NCBI GenBank assembly: GCA_951406725.2
Contig: OX597821.1
Location: forward strand, 117,552,001 to 117,616,000
Length of the DNA stretch: 64,000 nt
Reading direction: 5' to 3'
Source: Octopus vulgaris
Lineage: Eukaryota
A program made the translations under genes and the position numbers. Numbering within the stretch: the first letter of the stretch is position 1; each line of letters opens with the position of its first letter. A model generated the notes under the pieces. It worked only from the letters and a program-made list of their open reading frames with translations. It was not told where the DNA came from and did not search any database. Of the stretch, positions 14,071-27,566 are shown in pieces.

Positions 14071-14290
14071 CATATATATATAGGAAAATGTGTTGCTGAA
14101 AATGCACTTAAATTTCAAAAACTCGTGAGTGTTTAAAATACATTTATTTACATATGTACCAAACTAGTTTCAACATATGTAAATAAATGTATTTTAAACA
14201 TTCACGAGTTTTTGAAATTTAAGTGCATTTTCAACAACACATTTTCCTATATATTTTTTCCTGCGTGGAAACACCATTCCCTCTTTCACT

Positions 14291-14344
<54 letters not shown>

Positions 14345-15720
14345 CAGTACAAGAGAAGAAATTTCAGGTGTGGAAGCAAGATCTAGAATCGAAGGACCTT
14401 ACAGTTAATCTAGCAAAAACCAAAGTCTTAGTAAGTAGGAAAGCAGACAAATCACTGATCTCTTCAGGTAGATGGCTCTGCTCAATCTGTAGGAAAGGCA
14501 TAGATAGAAATTCCGTAAGATGTACCTGGTGCAAGTTATGGACACATTAGAGGTACAGCAATATCAGAGAAAGGTTAATTGGCAAAAATAGCTTTTGGTT
14601 GTGGAAGGGGCACAGGTACAATAAGCACTAAAAATGTACAGAAAATGCACTCCAACAAATGCCAGGTGGGTAAGCTAGAGGTAGTTGATAGCTTCTGTTA
14701 CCTAGGTGACCAAGTCAGTAGTGGGGATGGATGCTCTGAGAGTGTAGCTGCAAGAACAAGAATAGGCTGGGCAAAGTTCAGAGACCTCCTACTTCTGTTT
14801 GCAACAAAGGGCCTCTCTCTCAGAGTGAGAAGCAAACTGTATGATGCCTGTGTGTGAACGGCTATGCTACACAGCAGTGAAACATGGATTGTGACTGCTG
14901 AGGACATGTGTAGGCAGGAAATAAATTAAGCTAGCAGCACACTTTTTTGGATGCCAGTGTGCATGTACGACAGGGTATAAGAATCTTGAGAGAAAAGTTG
15001 GGCAGAAGAGGCATCAGATGTGATGTGCAAGAGAGACAACTGCGCTGGTATGGTCATGTGATATGTATGAGGACAGATGCGTAAAGAAGTGCTGATCTCT
15101 AACTGTGGAGAGAACCTGTGAAAGAGATAGAACCAGGAAGACACTGCAAGATGGGGTGAAGCATGATCTTCAAACATTGGGCCTCACGGAGGCAATGACT
15201 GGTGACCAAGATCTTTGGTGATATGTCATGCAGGAGAAGACATGTCAAGCTGAGTGGAATCATGGTCATGGCTGATTCTGGTGTCCTGTAACTGGCACCC
15301 GTGCCAGTGACACATAAGAAGCACCTTTTGTGCATTGGGCCTTATGGAGGTAATGTGGCTGATACCAGTGGCACGTAAAAATCACCTTTCAAGTGTTGAT
15401 CCTCACAGGGACAATGACAAATGAGAGAAACCCCTGGCAATACGCTGCTCTTGAGCAGAAGACCCATCAAGCCAAGCGAAATCGTAGCTGTGGCAGATAT
15501 TGGTGTCACACAACTGGCACCCATGCTGGTGGCACAAAAAGGCACCTATTATGCTCTCAGAGTCGTTTGCATTAGTAAGGGCATCCAGCCATAGAAACCA
15601 CGCCAAATCAGACTGGAGTCTGGTGTGGTCCCTCAGCTTACCAGTCCTGGTCAAACCATCCAATCCATGGACAATGGATGTTAAATGATGACGATGAGGA
15701 TGATGATGATGATGGTGATG
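13200..15720 (+). mobile_element. Degenerate, internally deleted RTE LINE (APE fragment 13260-13790, RT fragments 13785-13885 and 14345-15250, 3' tail)
   Basis: TVNVDTLKAKSGEIVEMLERRHVDACCSQEVQWR is APE-endonuclease-like; downstream sequence aligns by eye to the 36989 LINE including the Cys-rich finger; stops and frameshifts present. Confidence 0.82.
14081..14249. repeat. Near-perfect 169-bp palindrome (MITE-like hairpin) in (TA)n
   Basis: taggaaaatgtgttgctgaaaatgcac...catatgt / acatatg...gtgcattttcaacaacacattttccta. Confidence 0.85.
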
Positions 15721-15781
15721 TTGAGGATGATGATGATTATTATTTTAATATTGTTTATGATTATTATTTTAATATTCTTAC

Positions 15782-16024
15782 GACAGTTTAATTCATCGGA
15801 GCCATCATGGCAATTGACATCTTTGTCACATCTATAAAAGAATGGAATACATCGATCATCGCCCTTTCCACAACGGAACTGAGAAGTGCTGCAATTGGCA
15901 ACGCATGTCTTGTTATCTGCATCCAAGAGAAAATGGTCTGGACATGCACAGACATAGTCATCCGGTGGTGAATGGAGGCAAAGGTGGCTGCATCCACCAT
16001 TATTGGATCCGCAAGGATTTTTAT
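15782..16024 (-). CDS. LRP2: LRP2-like exon: EGF + LDLa IV-1
   Basis: ag/gtaag, 243 nt; [28 protein letters not shown]...[37 protein letters not shown]. Confidence 0.94.
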
Positions 16025-16082
16025 CTGCAATAAACAAACAAGAAATATAAAGATGAGACACAAAACAATAAATTTGAATTGT

Positions 16083-16123
<41 letters not shown>

Positions 16124-16534
16124 GGTGGTGGTGGTGGTATGGGGGCACATGATCTAACAGTGCATCACTGCATCTGCTGTTTGTTGGTGATTCCTTCTTC
16201 CTGGTGGTTGACACCTTTGCACCACTCAGGTGACAACCGTCCAACCCATGACTCTGTTTGGGTAGTGATTGTTGGTGAGGGTCTTTATGAAGCTGGAGTG
16301 CAAACCCTAACTTGATCTCTTTCAGTTTACTTTTACAATACATGCAGAGGAAACTTTTGGGTCTATTCTTTGACATGCCAGGCCCCCTCACTGCACAAAT
16401 TTTTCCTTATCTGAGGAGGAATTTATTTTACCTAACCAGGAAGAACAAAAGATAAATTTGTCATTTGGTGGTAAACTGAGAATAGCTCAAGGTTTTTAAT
16501 TTGTTGGTCTAATTCAGTTGATTTTGTATACATA

Positions 16535-17090
16535 CTCACGGAGACAAGACAAATGGCCAAGACCTCATACGGGCTGTGACAAATTATCAAGACATCATGG
16601 AGGCAAGACAAATGACCAAGACCTCATGGAGGCAAGACAAATGACCAAGAACTTATAGAGGTAAGACAAAATGAGCAAGAATTCATGGAGGCAAGACAAA
16701 AGACCAAGACCTCATGGAGGCAAGACAAATGACCAAGACCTCATGGAAGCAAGACAAAGGATCAAGATCTCTTGGAGGCAAGACAAATGATCAGGACCTC
16801 ATGGAGGAAAGACAAATGATCAAGACTTCATGGAGGTATGACAAATGACCAAGAATTCATTGAGGCAAGGCAAATGACCAAGACCTCATGGAGGCAGTGA
16901 CAAATGATCAAGACCTCAAGGGGGCAAGACAAATGACCAAGACTTCATGGAGGCAAGCCAAATGACCAAGACCTCATGGAGGCAAGACAAATTATCAAGA
17001 CTTCATGGAGGTATGACAAATGACCAAGAATTCATTGAGGCAAGGCAAATGACCAAGACCTCATGGAGGCAAGACAAATGATCAAGACTT
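16535..17090 (+). repeat. Minisatellite, about 19 copies of a ~29-bp unit
   Basis: Unit aagacctcatggaggcaagacaaatgacc; runs directly into an RTE 3' end at about 17090-17345. Confidence 0.92.
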
Positions 17091-18729
17091 TTGGCAATAT
17101 GCTGTGCTTGAGAAGAAAACCTATCAAAGGCAAGTGAAATCACATTCATGGCAGATACTGGTATCATGCAAACTGGCACCTGTGCCAGTGGCACATAAAA
17201 GCACCCCTTACACTCTTGGAGTGGTTGGTGTTAGGAAGGGCATTCAGCCATAGAAATCATGCCAAATCAGACTAGGGTCCTGGTCAAACCGTCCAACCCA
17301 TGCCAGCATGGACAACAGATGCTAAATGGTGATGATGATGATGATAATGGTGACTACAAAATTATGTAATTGATGAAATCCTTATTTTCTATTACTTATT
17401 TTTAGCTCTTCCTTGTTTCGGTTTTCGGGTGTGGCCTGGCTGAGTACCACTGTGAAGGTTTGGCCCTGCCTGCATTTACATTACAGCATAAAGAGACATT
17501 TGAAATTTAATTTTAGGAATTATTCCACAATAGGCTTACATAAGCATTATTATTCTATGAGGGAGTGGGGAAAAGTCCCTGGTATTGAGTAGATATTGCC
17601 AAAGATACTCCCTGCAATCTGTTGGGGGTGGTGTACAACAAACAGAACAGCTGGTTCTTGAAAGTCATTGGAAATGGTAGGTTCGTATGTTTTCATTGGG
17701 GACAGTCATGTTTTCCCTAGAAACTAATAAAGTTAACTTTATACTGTAAATTCACAGGAATTATATAAATAACATGTTATAAATGTATAAGAAACAAGTA
17801 TGGTTCTTCAGTTCAATCCCTCTGCATGGGACATTCGGTAACTTGGGCAAGTATCTTCTACAATAGACTTGGGTTGGTTAAAGTTTTGAGAGTGGATTTG
17901 AATGAAAACAAGAAGAAACGAAGTGTGTGTGTGCGTGCATGTGTGTATAAATATATACTAGCATATATGTGTGTGTATATATATACCATAAATGCTACAA
18001 GTATTTCATTTTTGATGGTAGAACTTGCTGTAGATAATGCAATAAACAATAACATTTAAATAATGGATTAAACGTTCCCACGGATAGAAAAAGGTCAAGG
18101 GTATCTGTGAGATTTAAATTCTTTTTGTAAACACGACAGACGTTTTACCATTGGACCAAGACAATTTTTCAAAATTTTCCCCTTCCCTTTAAGAAGCTTT
18201 GTTGATACCAGTGAGAAGTGTACGTTACTTACATTGCAAAAAATATGAATGCTGGAGTTCAAAGTATAAAAAGCTATGAATGATATATTTTAAGCATATA
18301 GGTGTAGGTGTGGCTGTGGTAAGAAGTTTACTTCCAAGCCACATGGTTCCAGGTTCAGCTCCACTGTGTGGCACCTTGTATAAGTGTCTTCTACTATAGC
18401 CTCAGTATGACCCAAACCTTGTGAGTGGATTTGGCCTGTGGAAACCAAATGAAGCCTGTGGTATGTATGTATATCTATGTGTTTCTTTGACTGTGTTCAT
18501 CCCCCACCACTAGTTGACAACCAGTGATGGTGTGTTTATGTCCACGTAAAAGATACCGACAGTATAAGTATCAGGCTTCAAAATAATAGGTTCCAGAATC
18601 AATTCAATCAACTAAAAATTCTTCAAGGTGATGCCCCAGCGTGGCCACAGTCTAACGACTGAAACAAGTCTGATAAAAGAAAGGTAAAACATATTAATAT
18701 GCAACATAGAAATACCGTAAGACACTAAC

Positions 18730-18953
18730 ATTGCTTTTGTCGTAATGAGTGAAACACAATAAGGATACTTGGTTGGTGAGTCATATTCCGTAGAATAGTA
18801 TGGTTCCGTCCAGTGAATTTGTGTGCTTTTTCTATGCTCAGGCGGCTCGAGTCTGTCCAGTAGATCCAGTCTTCAAACACTGCAAGTGAGTGAACGAATG
18901 GTACATTCTCTTTCATTACCGTTTGTCTGTGAGTACCATCCAAACTGGCATAT
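18730..18953 (-). CDS. LRP2: LRP2-like exon: propeller blade 6
   Basis: ag/gttag, 224 nt, phase 2-1; YASLDGTHRQTVMKENVPFVHSLAVFEDWIYWTDSSRLSIEKAHKFTGRNH...HSLRQKQ. Confidence 0.94.
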
Positions 18954-19915
18954 CTACAAAAGCAAAAGGATTAATAACAAATGGCTGCTCCATGTGGGAA
19001 TTTGTTCTGTTGTATAATGACAATCAGTCATGGTAGAAGGCCATCAATTTTAGAGAAGACAGTTAACGAATTACGTTGGCACCCCACCACCTGCTACTTA
19101 TTATTACCGACACTGCAAATGAAAGATGAAACCAACCTCATTAGAATTTGAACTCAGAATGTAAGGAGCCAGAAGAAATGCCACAAAGCATTTTGTCTGC
19201 TGTGTTAAAGATTTTGTGAACACACCTCATTGACCCAATAACAATAAAAATAATAATAATAATAATCCTTTCTACAATAGGTGCAAGGCTTGAAATTTGA
19301 GGGAAAGGTAGAGTCAATTACATCGACCCCAGCACATAACTGGTACTTAATTTATCGACTCCAAAAGGATGAAGGGCAAAGTCGACCTTTGGTAGAATTT
19401 GAACTCAGACATCATTTAACATTTGTTTTCCATGCTGGCATGGATTGGATAGTTTGACAGGAGCTCGAGAGGCTGGGAGTTTACACGTGGTTTTTAAAGC
19501 TGAATGTCCTTTCTAACTCCAGCCACTTGACAGAGTGTACTGGGTGCATTTTACGTGGCACCAGCACCGACAGGGTCACCAAGAACCTTGCAAGACAAAA
19601 CCCCGTCAGTTGAGAAGGGGGTAGTATTGAGAGAGAAAAAAGAAACGTGTTTGGGTTAAGGGTTTCACATGTCAAATTGACTGAAAGGAATCGTTCAATG
19701 GAAGGGATCTGGATAAAGTGTGGCGCAAACTTGAGTGTGTATGTGAAGATGATGTGTGATATATTTATATATATACATTTTTATTATTATTTTGCAATTT
19801 ACTTAATCATCAGTTTATTAGTGTTATTTTAATTTTAATATTTCTATCATATGTAATTTTCTAGATGGTGTAATTTAATTGTCCATTTTGAATTGATAAA
19901 AGGTGTTTTTTTCTA

Positions 19916-19968
<53 letters not shown>

Positions 19969-20074
19969 TTTGTGAAATTTGATTTAGTATTTCTAAATTG
20001 AATTTTTCCCTGTAAGTTAGGAATAATATTCCCTCAAATAATTATAATAATTTTTTTATATATATATTCGTCAT

Positions 20075-21747
20075 CATCATCATTTAACATCTACCTTCTA
20101 TGCTGGCATGGATTTGATGGTTTGACTGGAATTGGTAAGCCAGAGAGCTGCACCAAGTTCCAGTCTGATTTGGCAAGGTTTATACAGCTAGATGCCCTTC
20201 CTAATGACAGCCATTCCAAGAGTGTAATGGTCACATTCTGCATGCCACTGGCATGAGTTCTTTCCCATACCACTGGCATGGGTGCTAATGACATGACACT
20301 AGCATTGGTCATAACTAGAACTTCACTTGGTTTAATAAGTTTTCTCAAGCAGAGAATATCACCAATAGGTTGCAGTCACTTGTCATCACCTCTGTGGGGC
20401 CCAACACTTGAAGAAGATCATGCTCCACCAACGCATCCTATGGGTCTCTCTCTTCCACAGCTTCCCCACCAACTTCTTCACACAGCTGTCCACATCCACA
20501 CACATCCCACGACCATACCAATGCAGTCATCTCTCTTGCACACCACACCTGATGCCTCTTATGCCCAATTTTTCTCTCAAGACACTATCATACATGCATA
20601 CTGACCATTGCCCATCCAGCAAAGCACACTAGTGTCAGAGCTCACTTAGTCCTGCCTAACTGAGATTTGAAACCGAAACTACACACTCGTTGCTCATCAG
20701 ACGACTGTCTGACTCCTTTGTGCTTTATCTCCATGCTGAGAGATTAATGTGAAACATCTGACCCCTTAGGATCTTTGTTTTAGGTCTCACCTACCTCCAG
20801 GTCATACCCTATATAACTGAGATTATCTTTCTCTCACCATCTTTGCTTCAGCTGACCAATAGAGAGCTCACATTGCTAGTCGTGTCAGCCCTTAACCAGG
20901 AGCAACAGCATCAGCCAAATGGAAAGGGACAACGTAATCCTTTCTTCCTCTCCATCAACAAAACGCACAGCTTCCACACTAACAACCACCAGTGAGCTAC
21001 CAATGCACCGTTACTATTGGCGATCACTCCTATGTCTGTGTTACAAAACACTGTCAGCAAATAAATTTGTGAATATTATTCTTTTCCTCTTCAATGTTGT
21101 TATTATGCTGTATCATCCTGCATTTGACCTATGGTGACGCTCCACATCTGACCACTACATTAAGTAACCTCAATGTACACACACACATCTGTCTGTCACA
21201 TTTAGCCTCATTTTCCCAAGCCTTCACATGTCCTCAGTGGTCACAGCACATGTTCCATTGCAGTATAGTATAGCTGTTCATACACAGACATCATACAGTC
21301 TTCCTTTCACCCTGGGGGGAGGCTTTTAGTTACCAACAAAAGTAGAAACTGTCTGAACTTTGCCCAGCCTATTCTTAGTCTAGCAGCTATCCTCTCAGAG
21401 CATCCAACTTTGCTACTGACTTGGTTACCTAGGTAACAGAAGCTATAAAGTAATTCTAGGTATCCCCTCAGGCATCTAATGGACAGGATTTTCTGTACAT
21501 TTCTAGTGTTTACTGCACTTGTGCACCTTCCAAACACACACACAAAAAAAAATAGGTTCCCTGTTAACCTTCCTCTGATATTGTTGCACCTCTTATGTGT
21601 CCATAGCTTACACTGAGTACATCTTATGGGATTTCTACTCACACCTCTTCTACGTATTGAACAGGGCCATCTACCCGAGGGGATTTGTGATTTGTCTGCT
21701 TTACTATTTACTAAGACTTTGGTTTTTGCTAAATTAACTCTAAGGCC

Positions 21748-21750
<3 letters not shown>
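20075..21750 (-). mobile_element. Degenerate RTE LINE 3' fragment
   Basis: ORF KGLRVNLAKTKV...GRWPCSI...CTQCKLWTHKRC...FCYLG matches the same family; (CAT)n tail at about 20070-20085. Confidence 0.82.
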
Positions 21751-21778
<28 letters not shown>

Positions 21779-21890
21779 GCAATGGGCTTCCATACAGTTC
21801 CTGTTTGCTAAATTTGTTCATGGTAACGGAATAAATAAAATAATAATCACTACTTTACAGAAATGCAAACTCCAAACAAAGAATACTTAC

Positions 21891-22061
21891 TCGATCGCAT
21901 CAAAGTGGGCATCTGCCCACCACATCCGTTGACTCTCGAAATCAATAGTTAAACCAGTTGGTAAGCCGAGACCATCTATGATCAAACGTTCATAGTTTGA
22001 GCCATCCATGCCAATCCTTCCTATCCATGCTTTCGAGGGAATATCGATAAAGTACAAGTAC
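21891..22061 (-). CDS. LRP2: LRP2-like exon: propeller blades 4-5 (absent from ORF track)
   Basis: ag/gtaag, 171 nt, phase 2-2; YLYFIDIPSKAWIGRIGMDGSNYERLIIDGLGLPTGLTIDFESQRMWWADAHFDAIE. Confidence 0.93.
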
Positions 22062-24460
22062 CTTTAAAAAGAATGATTAATTGTATTTATCAAAGTGATG
22101 AGGAAGAGAATAACGAAAATGAAATTGATAAAAAAATGGTAAGGAAAATGATGAGCATAGCAGTTTCAAACGTTGGTCCAAGACCAGCCGTTTTGAAGGG
22201 CAGGGTGCAGGTTGATTATAGTCTTTTCTACTCTAGGCACAAGGCCTGAAATTTTGGGGGAGGTGGGGCAGTCAATTAGATTGACCCCCAGTATGCAACT
22301 GGTACTTTTCCTGCCGGCTCTCCACCTGTTATTAGACTATATTGATGCCAGTACTTGATTTTTAACTATCCAAGAGGGACCGAAAGGTAAAGTTGAACTA
22401 GGTGGCTCTGGAACTCTGAGTATAACAAGCTGGAACATATATCCCAAGACATTCTTCCTAATTATCTAACAATTTTGCTAATTCATCACCCTAATAAGGA
22501 ATATAATAATGATGATGATGATGATGATGGAAAATTGAAGCTCAGTACTTTGAGCTAACCACAAACTAATCAGTAAATTTTCTGGCTAAGTGAACAAGGC
22601 TGTTGTGAGTTAGGTACCCTGGGCTTGGTACTAAGAACTGGATGATCTGCAACCTGTGAACTGGTTTCTGTCCCTTCCTGTCAATAGACTTCTATTATAA
22701 CTCATTGTGCATGAAGATGTCAGTTGAACATTTAGCACCAACTCTCCAGTTTCTGAATTTATTCGCAGCCAGGACTGACTTCATATTCCTCCCCAGCTTC
22801 ACCACACTTCCAGAAGAGATATAAATAATTTACTTTCTGGTGAAGCCGATTATTATTAATGGCATCAAAATTAATGACAGAATTTTTAGGGTGATGTCAA
22901 CTGCTTTTCTAGGGTTTCCAGAATTCTTGAAGAGGGGATGAGAAGGGAGGAAAACACCCTACAATTCTTGCATACTGGGGTATTAAGTTCTCAAAGCAGA
23001 GAACTAAACTTGTTAAAGAGTGGACAGCCACTAAAAGTTACATTATTTACATTTGATGGATATTTGTCCTCATCCAGCTGGAAGGTACATCAGCCGAAAT
23101 GTTGTGTTAACAACAAACAAGATGAGGACAAATATCAATCAAATGTAAATAATGTAAATAATGTACATAATTCCTCATCTCTTAAATATAGAACTGTACC
23201 ACTAAAAGTTACCTGAAATATATATATATATCATCTCTTTGATCAGTTCTTGCATTTTTCAAACAAGATTTTCTTGAAACCTACAACTGATAAGACTGGT
23301 TACGCAATTTCCATAGCATATAAGTGACCAAGAGCACAACATTTCCCCTGAATGGGATGCCAGTCCATTGGCGGATTCAGGCTTAGAAATGAGGAGTCAG
23401 TCATATTGGCTCCAGCTCTTGACCACTACTTTATTTTATTAACCCAAAATGAATGCCTGTTGATTGGAGGGTTCAAACTTAGATATGAGGAGCAGTCACA
23501 CTGACTCCAGTATATGACTGGTACTTTATTTTATTAATCCAGAAAGGATGAAAGGCCAAGCTGACCTCAATGGGATCTGAACTCAGAACGTAGAGTGAGA
23601 AGAAATTCTGTTATGCTGCTAAGCATTTCGCCTGAGGTGCTAACGAGTCTCATAATTCATTATTTCCAGCTTTCCCATAGTTTCTGCCGATCCAGTGTCA
23701 TTGACAAGGTTTGGCTCACACAAAGTCTATAGTAGAAGTTATTTGCTCCGGGTTCCACAGAAAAGGATTGCATCCAGAGTCCCTTGACTGCAAAGCAAAC
23801 TTCTCAATCACATGGTCATGCTGGCACCCAACGACTAACAATATTTGACCCTTCTCTTACCAAATTCTTGTATAAGAGATGCTCTGTGATTCTTTCAATT
23901 CATTTTAAATATAACAAAGAATTTGGTAAAATAACTTCGTTATCATTAAGCTAATGTTAGGAACATGAATTCTGACTTAAATTTGGTGCAAGATTTTAAT
24001 TCAGAAGTTAGGAAAGCAAGACATTTGTACTACATATCCAGAGGTAGTTTCAGCCGGGTTGGTATTAAAAGGGTTCATCAGCCGTTTTATAATGAACGGA
24101 CTTGTACAGGGTTGTTTGACTTGCTAGAAATAGCAATCAAAATCCTCCTCAAATCCCATCCTGCTTTCTGAAAAAGAAAGGCTACATTGGGAATGCTGGG
24201 GGGGGGGGGGGGAGAATGATGGAATGGTCATACTTGGAATGTCTTAGATGATACACAAAGTTTTTCTGACTTATTGATTTTTAGTGTTCATTGTGTGAAA
24301 GTAGATATAATTTCCTAAAAAGCAAAAACCAGATCAATGTCAACAGATCTGATCAGAACCTTACGGATTCATAACAAATTTGTAGGGTTTAACACACGTC
24401 TCAAGCATTCAGTTTTCTAGCATGAATAAATGTGCTTAAAAACATGAAGGGGACACATAC

Positions 24461-24589
24461 CCTGTAGGTGGATAGGCGACTAAGAAAGAAACGTGATAAA
24501 ACAAATGGGTATCTAGTGTTCTTAGACTGGTTCCATTCAGCTCTGAGACGAATAAAGATTGAGTAAACCACCGATTCCAATATAATTTA
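24461..24589 (-). CDS. LRP2: LRP2-like exon: propeller blade 3 (absent from ORF track)
   Basis: ag/gtatg, 129 nt, phase 2-2; KLYWNRWFTQSLFVSELNGTSLRTLDTHLFYHVSFLVAYPPTG. Confidence 0.88.
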
Positions 24590-25902
24590 CTGAAAGAGAA
24601 AAAAGAAAAGGATTAAAATGGATGCAATTAGTAAGAGAAAAGGAAACGAAGCAAGAAGAATTTCATGTGCAGTGGAAGGAAAAGAGTCGGGAATTGAGTA
24701 GCAGACAGACCAAAAATAAAAGGAGCTGGTATGACTGTGTGGTTAAGAACTTGCTTCCCAACCGTATCGTCTTGGGTTCAATCCCTCTGTATGGCACCTC
24801 AAGCAAGTGTCTTCTATTAAAGCACTGGGATGACCAAAGCCTTGTGAGTGGGATTTCGTCAATGGAAATTGAAAAAAAAACACATTTTGTGTGTGTGTGT
24901 GTGTGTGTGTGTCTGTGTATGCACACACACACACACACACATATTTCAATACGGAGCAAACAATTCACGAGAAAAATAATTCACAAGAAAATATTTGCGA
25001 AGATAACATTGACTCTATTATTATCTAGTATAACAATTTCAAAATGATAATAATGAAATTAATAATATAGGTGATTGCAGGCTCCCACAAAAAAAGCCTT
25101 AAAATAGCTGAAGGATTAAAATTTATCAAAGGGCATACCCAAGTGTGTCTAACTGCTGGAAAAAAACAGTCAAAACTCTGTGATCCAGTGCAAAACAAAT
25201 CAATTGCAGTGCAGACTTCAACTTGACGAGTTGGGGCTCTCCATCATAGTAACGTGTGCTGAGGAAGGTGAGGCTATAATGCCAGTCCAGAAACCAGTCC
25301 ACATGAGTTCAAATACTTAAATGTATGCTGAGAGATTGTCTTAGCCCGTTTGCCTTTGGACATTTGATTTCTTTAGTTATTATCAGTGTATTTTGACGAT
25401 TTAAATAAGAGATTTGACTGTTATTTCCAGCAGTTAGACATACTTAGTATGTCCTCTGATTAATTTTAATCCTTCAGCTATTTTGATGCTTTTTTTGGGA
25501 CTGCAATCACCTATGTTATTGATTCCATTATTATCATTTTGAAATTGTTATACTAGATAATAGCAGAGTCAATGATATCTTCGCAAATATTTTCTTGTGA
25601 ATTATTTGCTCCATATTGAAATTATTTTCACACTGGTGGCTGCCATGATTTGGTGTAAAATGAATTAGTTACAGCGTAGACTTCAATACGAAGGGTTGGG
25701 GCTCTCTGTCATGGTAACGCTTATGTCCTAGTATGTTCTTTGATTAATTCTATAAATATATATATAGATAGATAGATGGATAGGATAAATAGATAGATAT
25801 GTCCAGTCAATGGGGTTACCCTAGGTTTCATGGTCATAAAGCGCTTAACTTCACAGCATTTCTTCGATCCAAAAACCTGTTGGCTTATGGCCAATGGATT
25901 TT

Positions 25903-25963
25903 AGGGTCTGAAGAAATGCTGTAAAGCTCAGCGCTTTATGGATGTGAAATCCAGGGTAATCCC
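25903..25963 (+). ncRNA. Type-I hammerhead-ribozyme-like motif (family B)
   Basis: agggt-CTGAAGA-...ctgtaaagc tcagc gctttatgg...-GAA-Atcc a gggT-A-atccc; inverted copies at 25812-25873 and 26170-26232. Confidence 0.6.
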
Positions 25964-26469
25964 GTAGACCAGCCATAACTATTTTTATCTATATACTCTT
26001 CTGCTTTATAACATAGTGTGTGCTCCTCTTTCAGATTTATGATTTACCACTCCAAGAGTACACCCACTACACTCTCGGAGTAGTTGGTGTTAGGAAGGGC
26101 ATCCAGCTGTAGAAAACTTGCCAGACCAGATTGGAGCCTGGTGCAGCCTCCTGGCTTGCCAGTCCTCAGTCTATAGATAAAGATAGTCATGGCTGGTCTA
26201 CGGGAGTACCCTGGGTTTCACATCCATAAAGTGTTTAGCTTTATGGATGTGAATCATGTCCGTATTCCTGAGATGATTACAGAGTAGTCCTTAGTATCCA
26301 TTGGCATCTGGTAGGTCATCTTCATGTGTTCATTTCTTCAGACATGCAGAATGTGACCATTTCACTCTTGGAATGGCTGTCATTAGGAAGGGCATCCAGC
26401 TGTAGAAACCATGTCAAACATTTCTAATAGAAAAGCAGAAGACACCAGAAGCAAAAATAAGGAATATAC

Positions 26470-27566
26470 AACGCACAGTTAAATATAGAAGTGTAAAGTG
26501 TAATTTGTTACATAATCTCTATAATAAACAAGAAGGGCCAGAGAGGTACAAGAACATTTCCGGCATCAGGGTGAACATTGTAGTGTCTCTGCAAAAGATG
26601 CTGCATAACAACAGCATCAACCTGATTAGAAGCTTCAAGACTGCACTTGAAAAAATTCCGCGTGACTTCCTGGATTACAAGGTAGTTATCACACCAGACA
26701 AGAAACCATCTGGTCAACGTTAAGGGAAGTTTAATGCACCAACTGTAAATGAAATAGCTGTGCTTCTGGTTGGGCAAGAACATGACAAGCATGACATTGT
26801 TCTCCATCTCAGACACAGCACACAGACAGACACAGTCCAACTACAAATGGAAGCTCCCAAAAATACCATACTCACAGCATTCTTCAAGCTCTGTCAAAAT
26901 GATAAATTTGCTACAAGACTACTATACAATGAAGTAACACAATTCTATACCTGGTACCAAAACAAATGGAAAAGACGTGCACTTGGAGCACCCATACATC
27001 ATCCAGGAATCAAGAACTCAGACACACTTGGTAGAGTCTATGTTGTCCATCCCAACTGCTCACAGTGCTACTATCTACGGCTTCTGTTACACCATGTCAA
27101 GGGACCCACATCATTTACAGCCTTACGTATGGTTGATAACACAATGTCAAACATATCGCCAGGCTTGCCATCTCAGAGGTCTTCTGGAAGATGATGCACA
27201 GTGGGAAGCCACTCTGACAGAGGCACAAATGTGCAAGTCTCCTATGCAGCTGGGAAACCTCTTCTCCATCATGGCAACATGATGGGTGAGAATGTCTTCA
27301 TTCCAAGGATACCTGTCATCTCAAATGATCTCCCCTTTCAGTTCAAGAGACTGCAGTTTCCAGTCCAACTTAGCTTTTCAATGTCTATCAACAAAGCACA
27401 AGGTCAATCTCTGAAGGTGGTGGGACATAACCTTCTTCAATCTTGCTTCTCACATGGTCAGCTGTATGTTGGATGTTCTAGAGTTGGAGATGGAAAGAAC
27501 CTCTACATTCTCAGTGATAAACATGGCAAGACAGAAAATACAGCGTATGAAGAAGTACTTGCATGA
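26470..27566 (+). mobile_element. Helitron Rep/helicase remnant with internal deletions
   Basis: Fragments FNAPTVNEIAVLLVG, LTAFFKLCQND.FA..LLYNEV...YTW, TLGRVYVVHP...YYLRLLLHHVKGPTSF and QFPVQLSFSMSINKAQGQSL..SHGQLYVGCSRVG in different frames. Confidence 0.85.

Noticed and set aside
15681-16391. 236-aa ORF read as a stand-alone LDLa/EGF gene (likewise 257-667, 4019-4339, 56823-57431 and similar)
   Set aside because: Each is one exon plus read-through intron; the splice sites define the true coding part.
16535-17090. CRISPR-like array of ~29-bp repeats
   Set aside because: Head-to-tail units with no unique spacers, eukaryotic context, and derived from a LINE.
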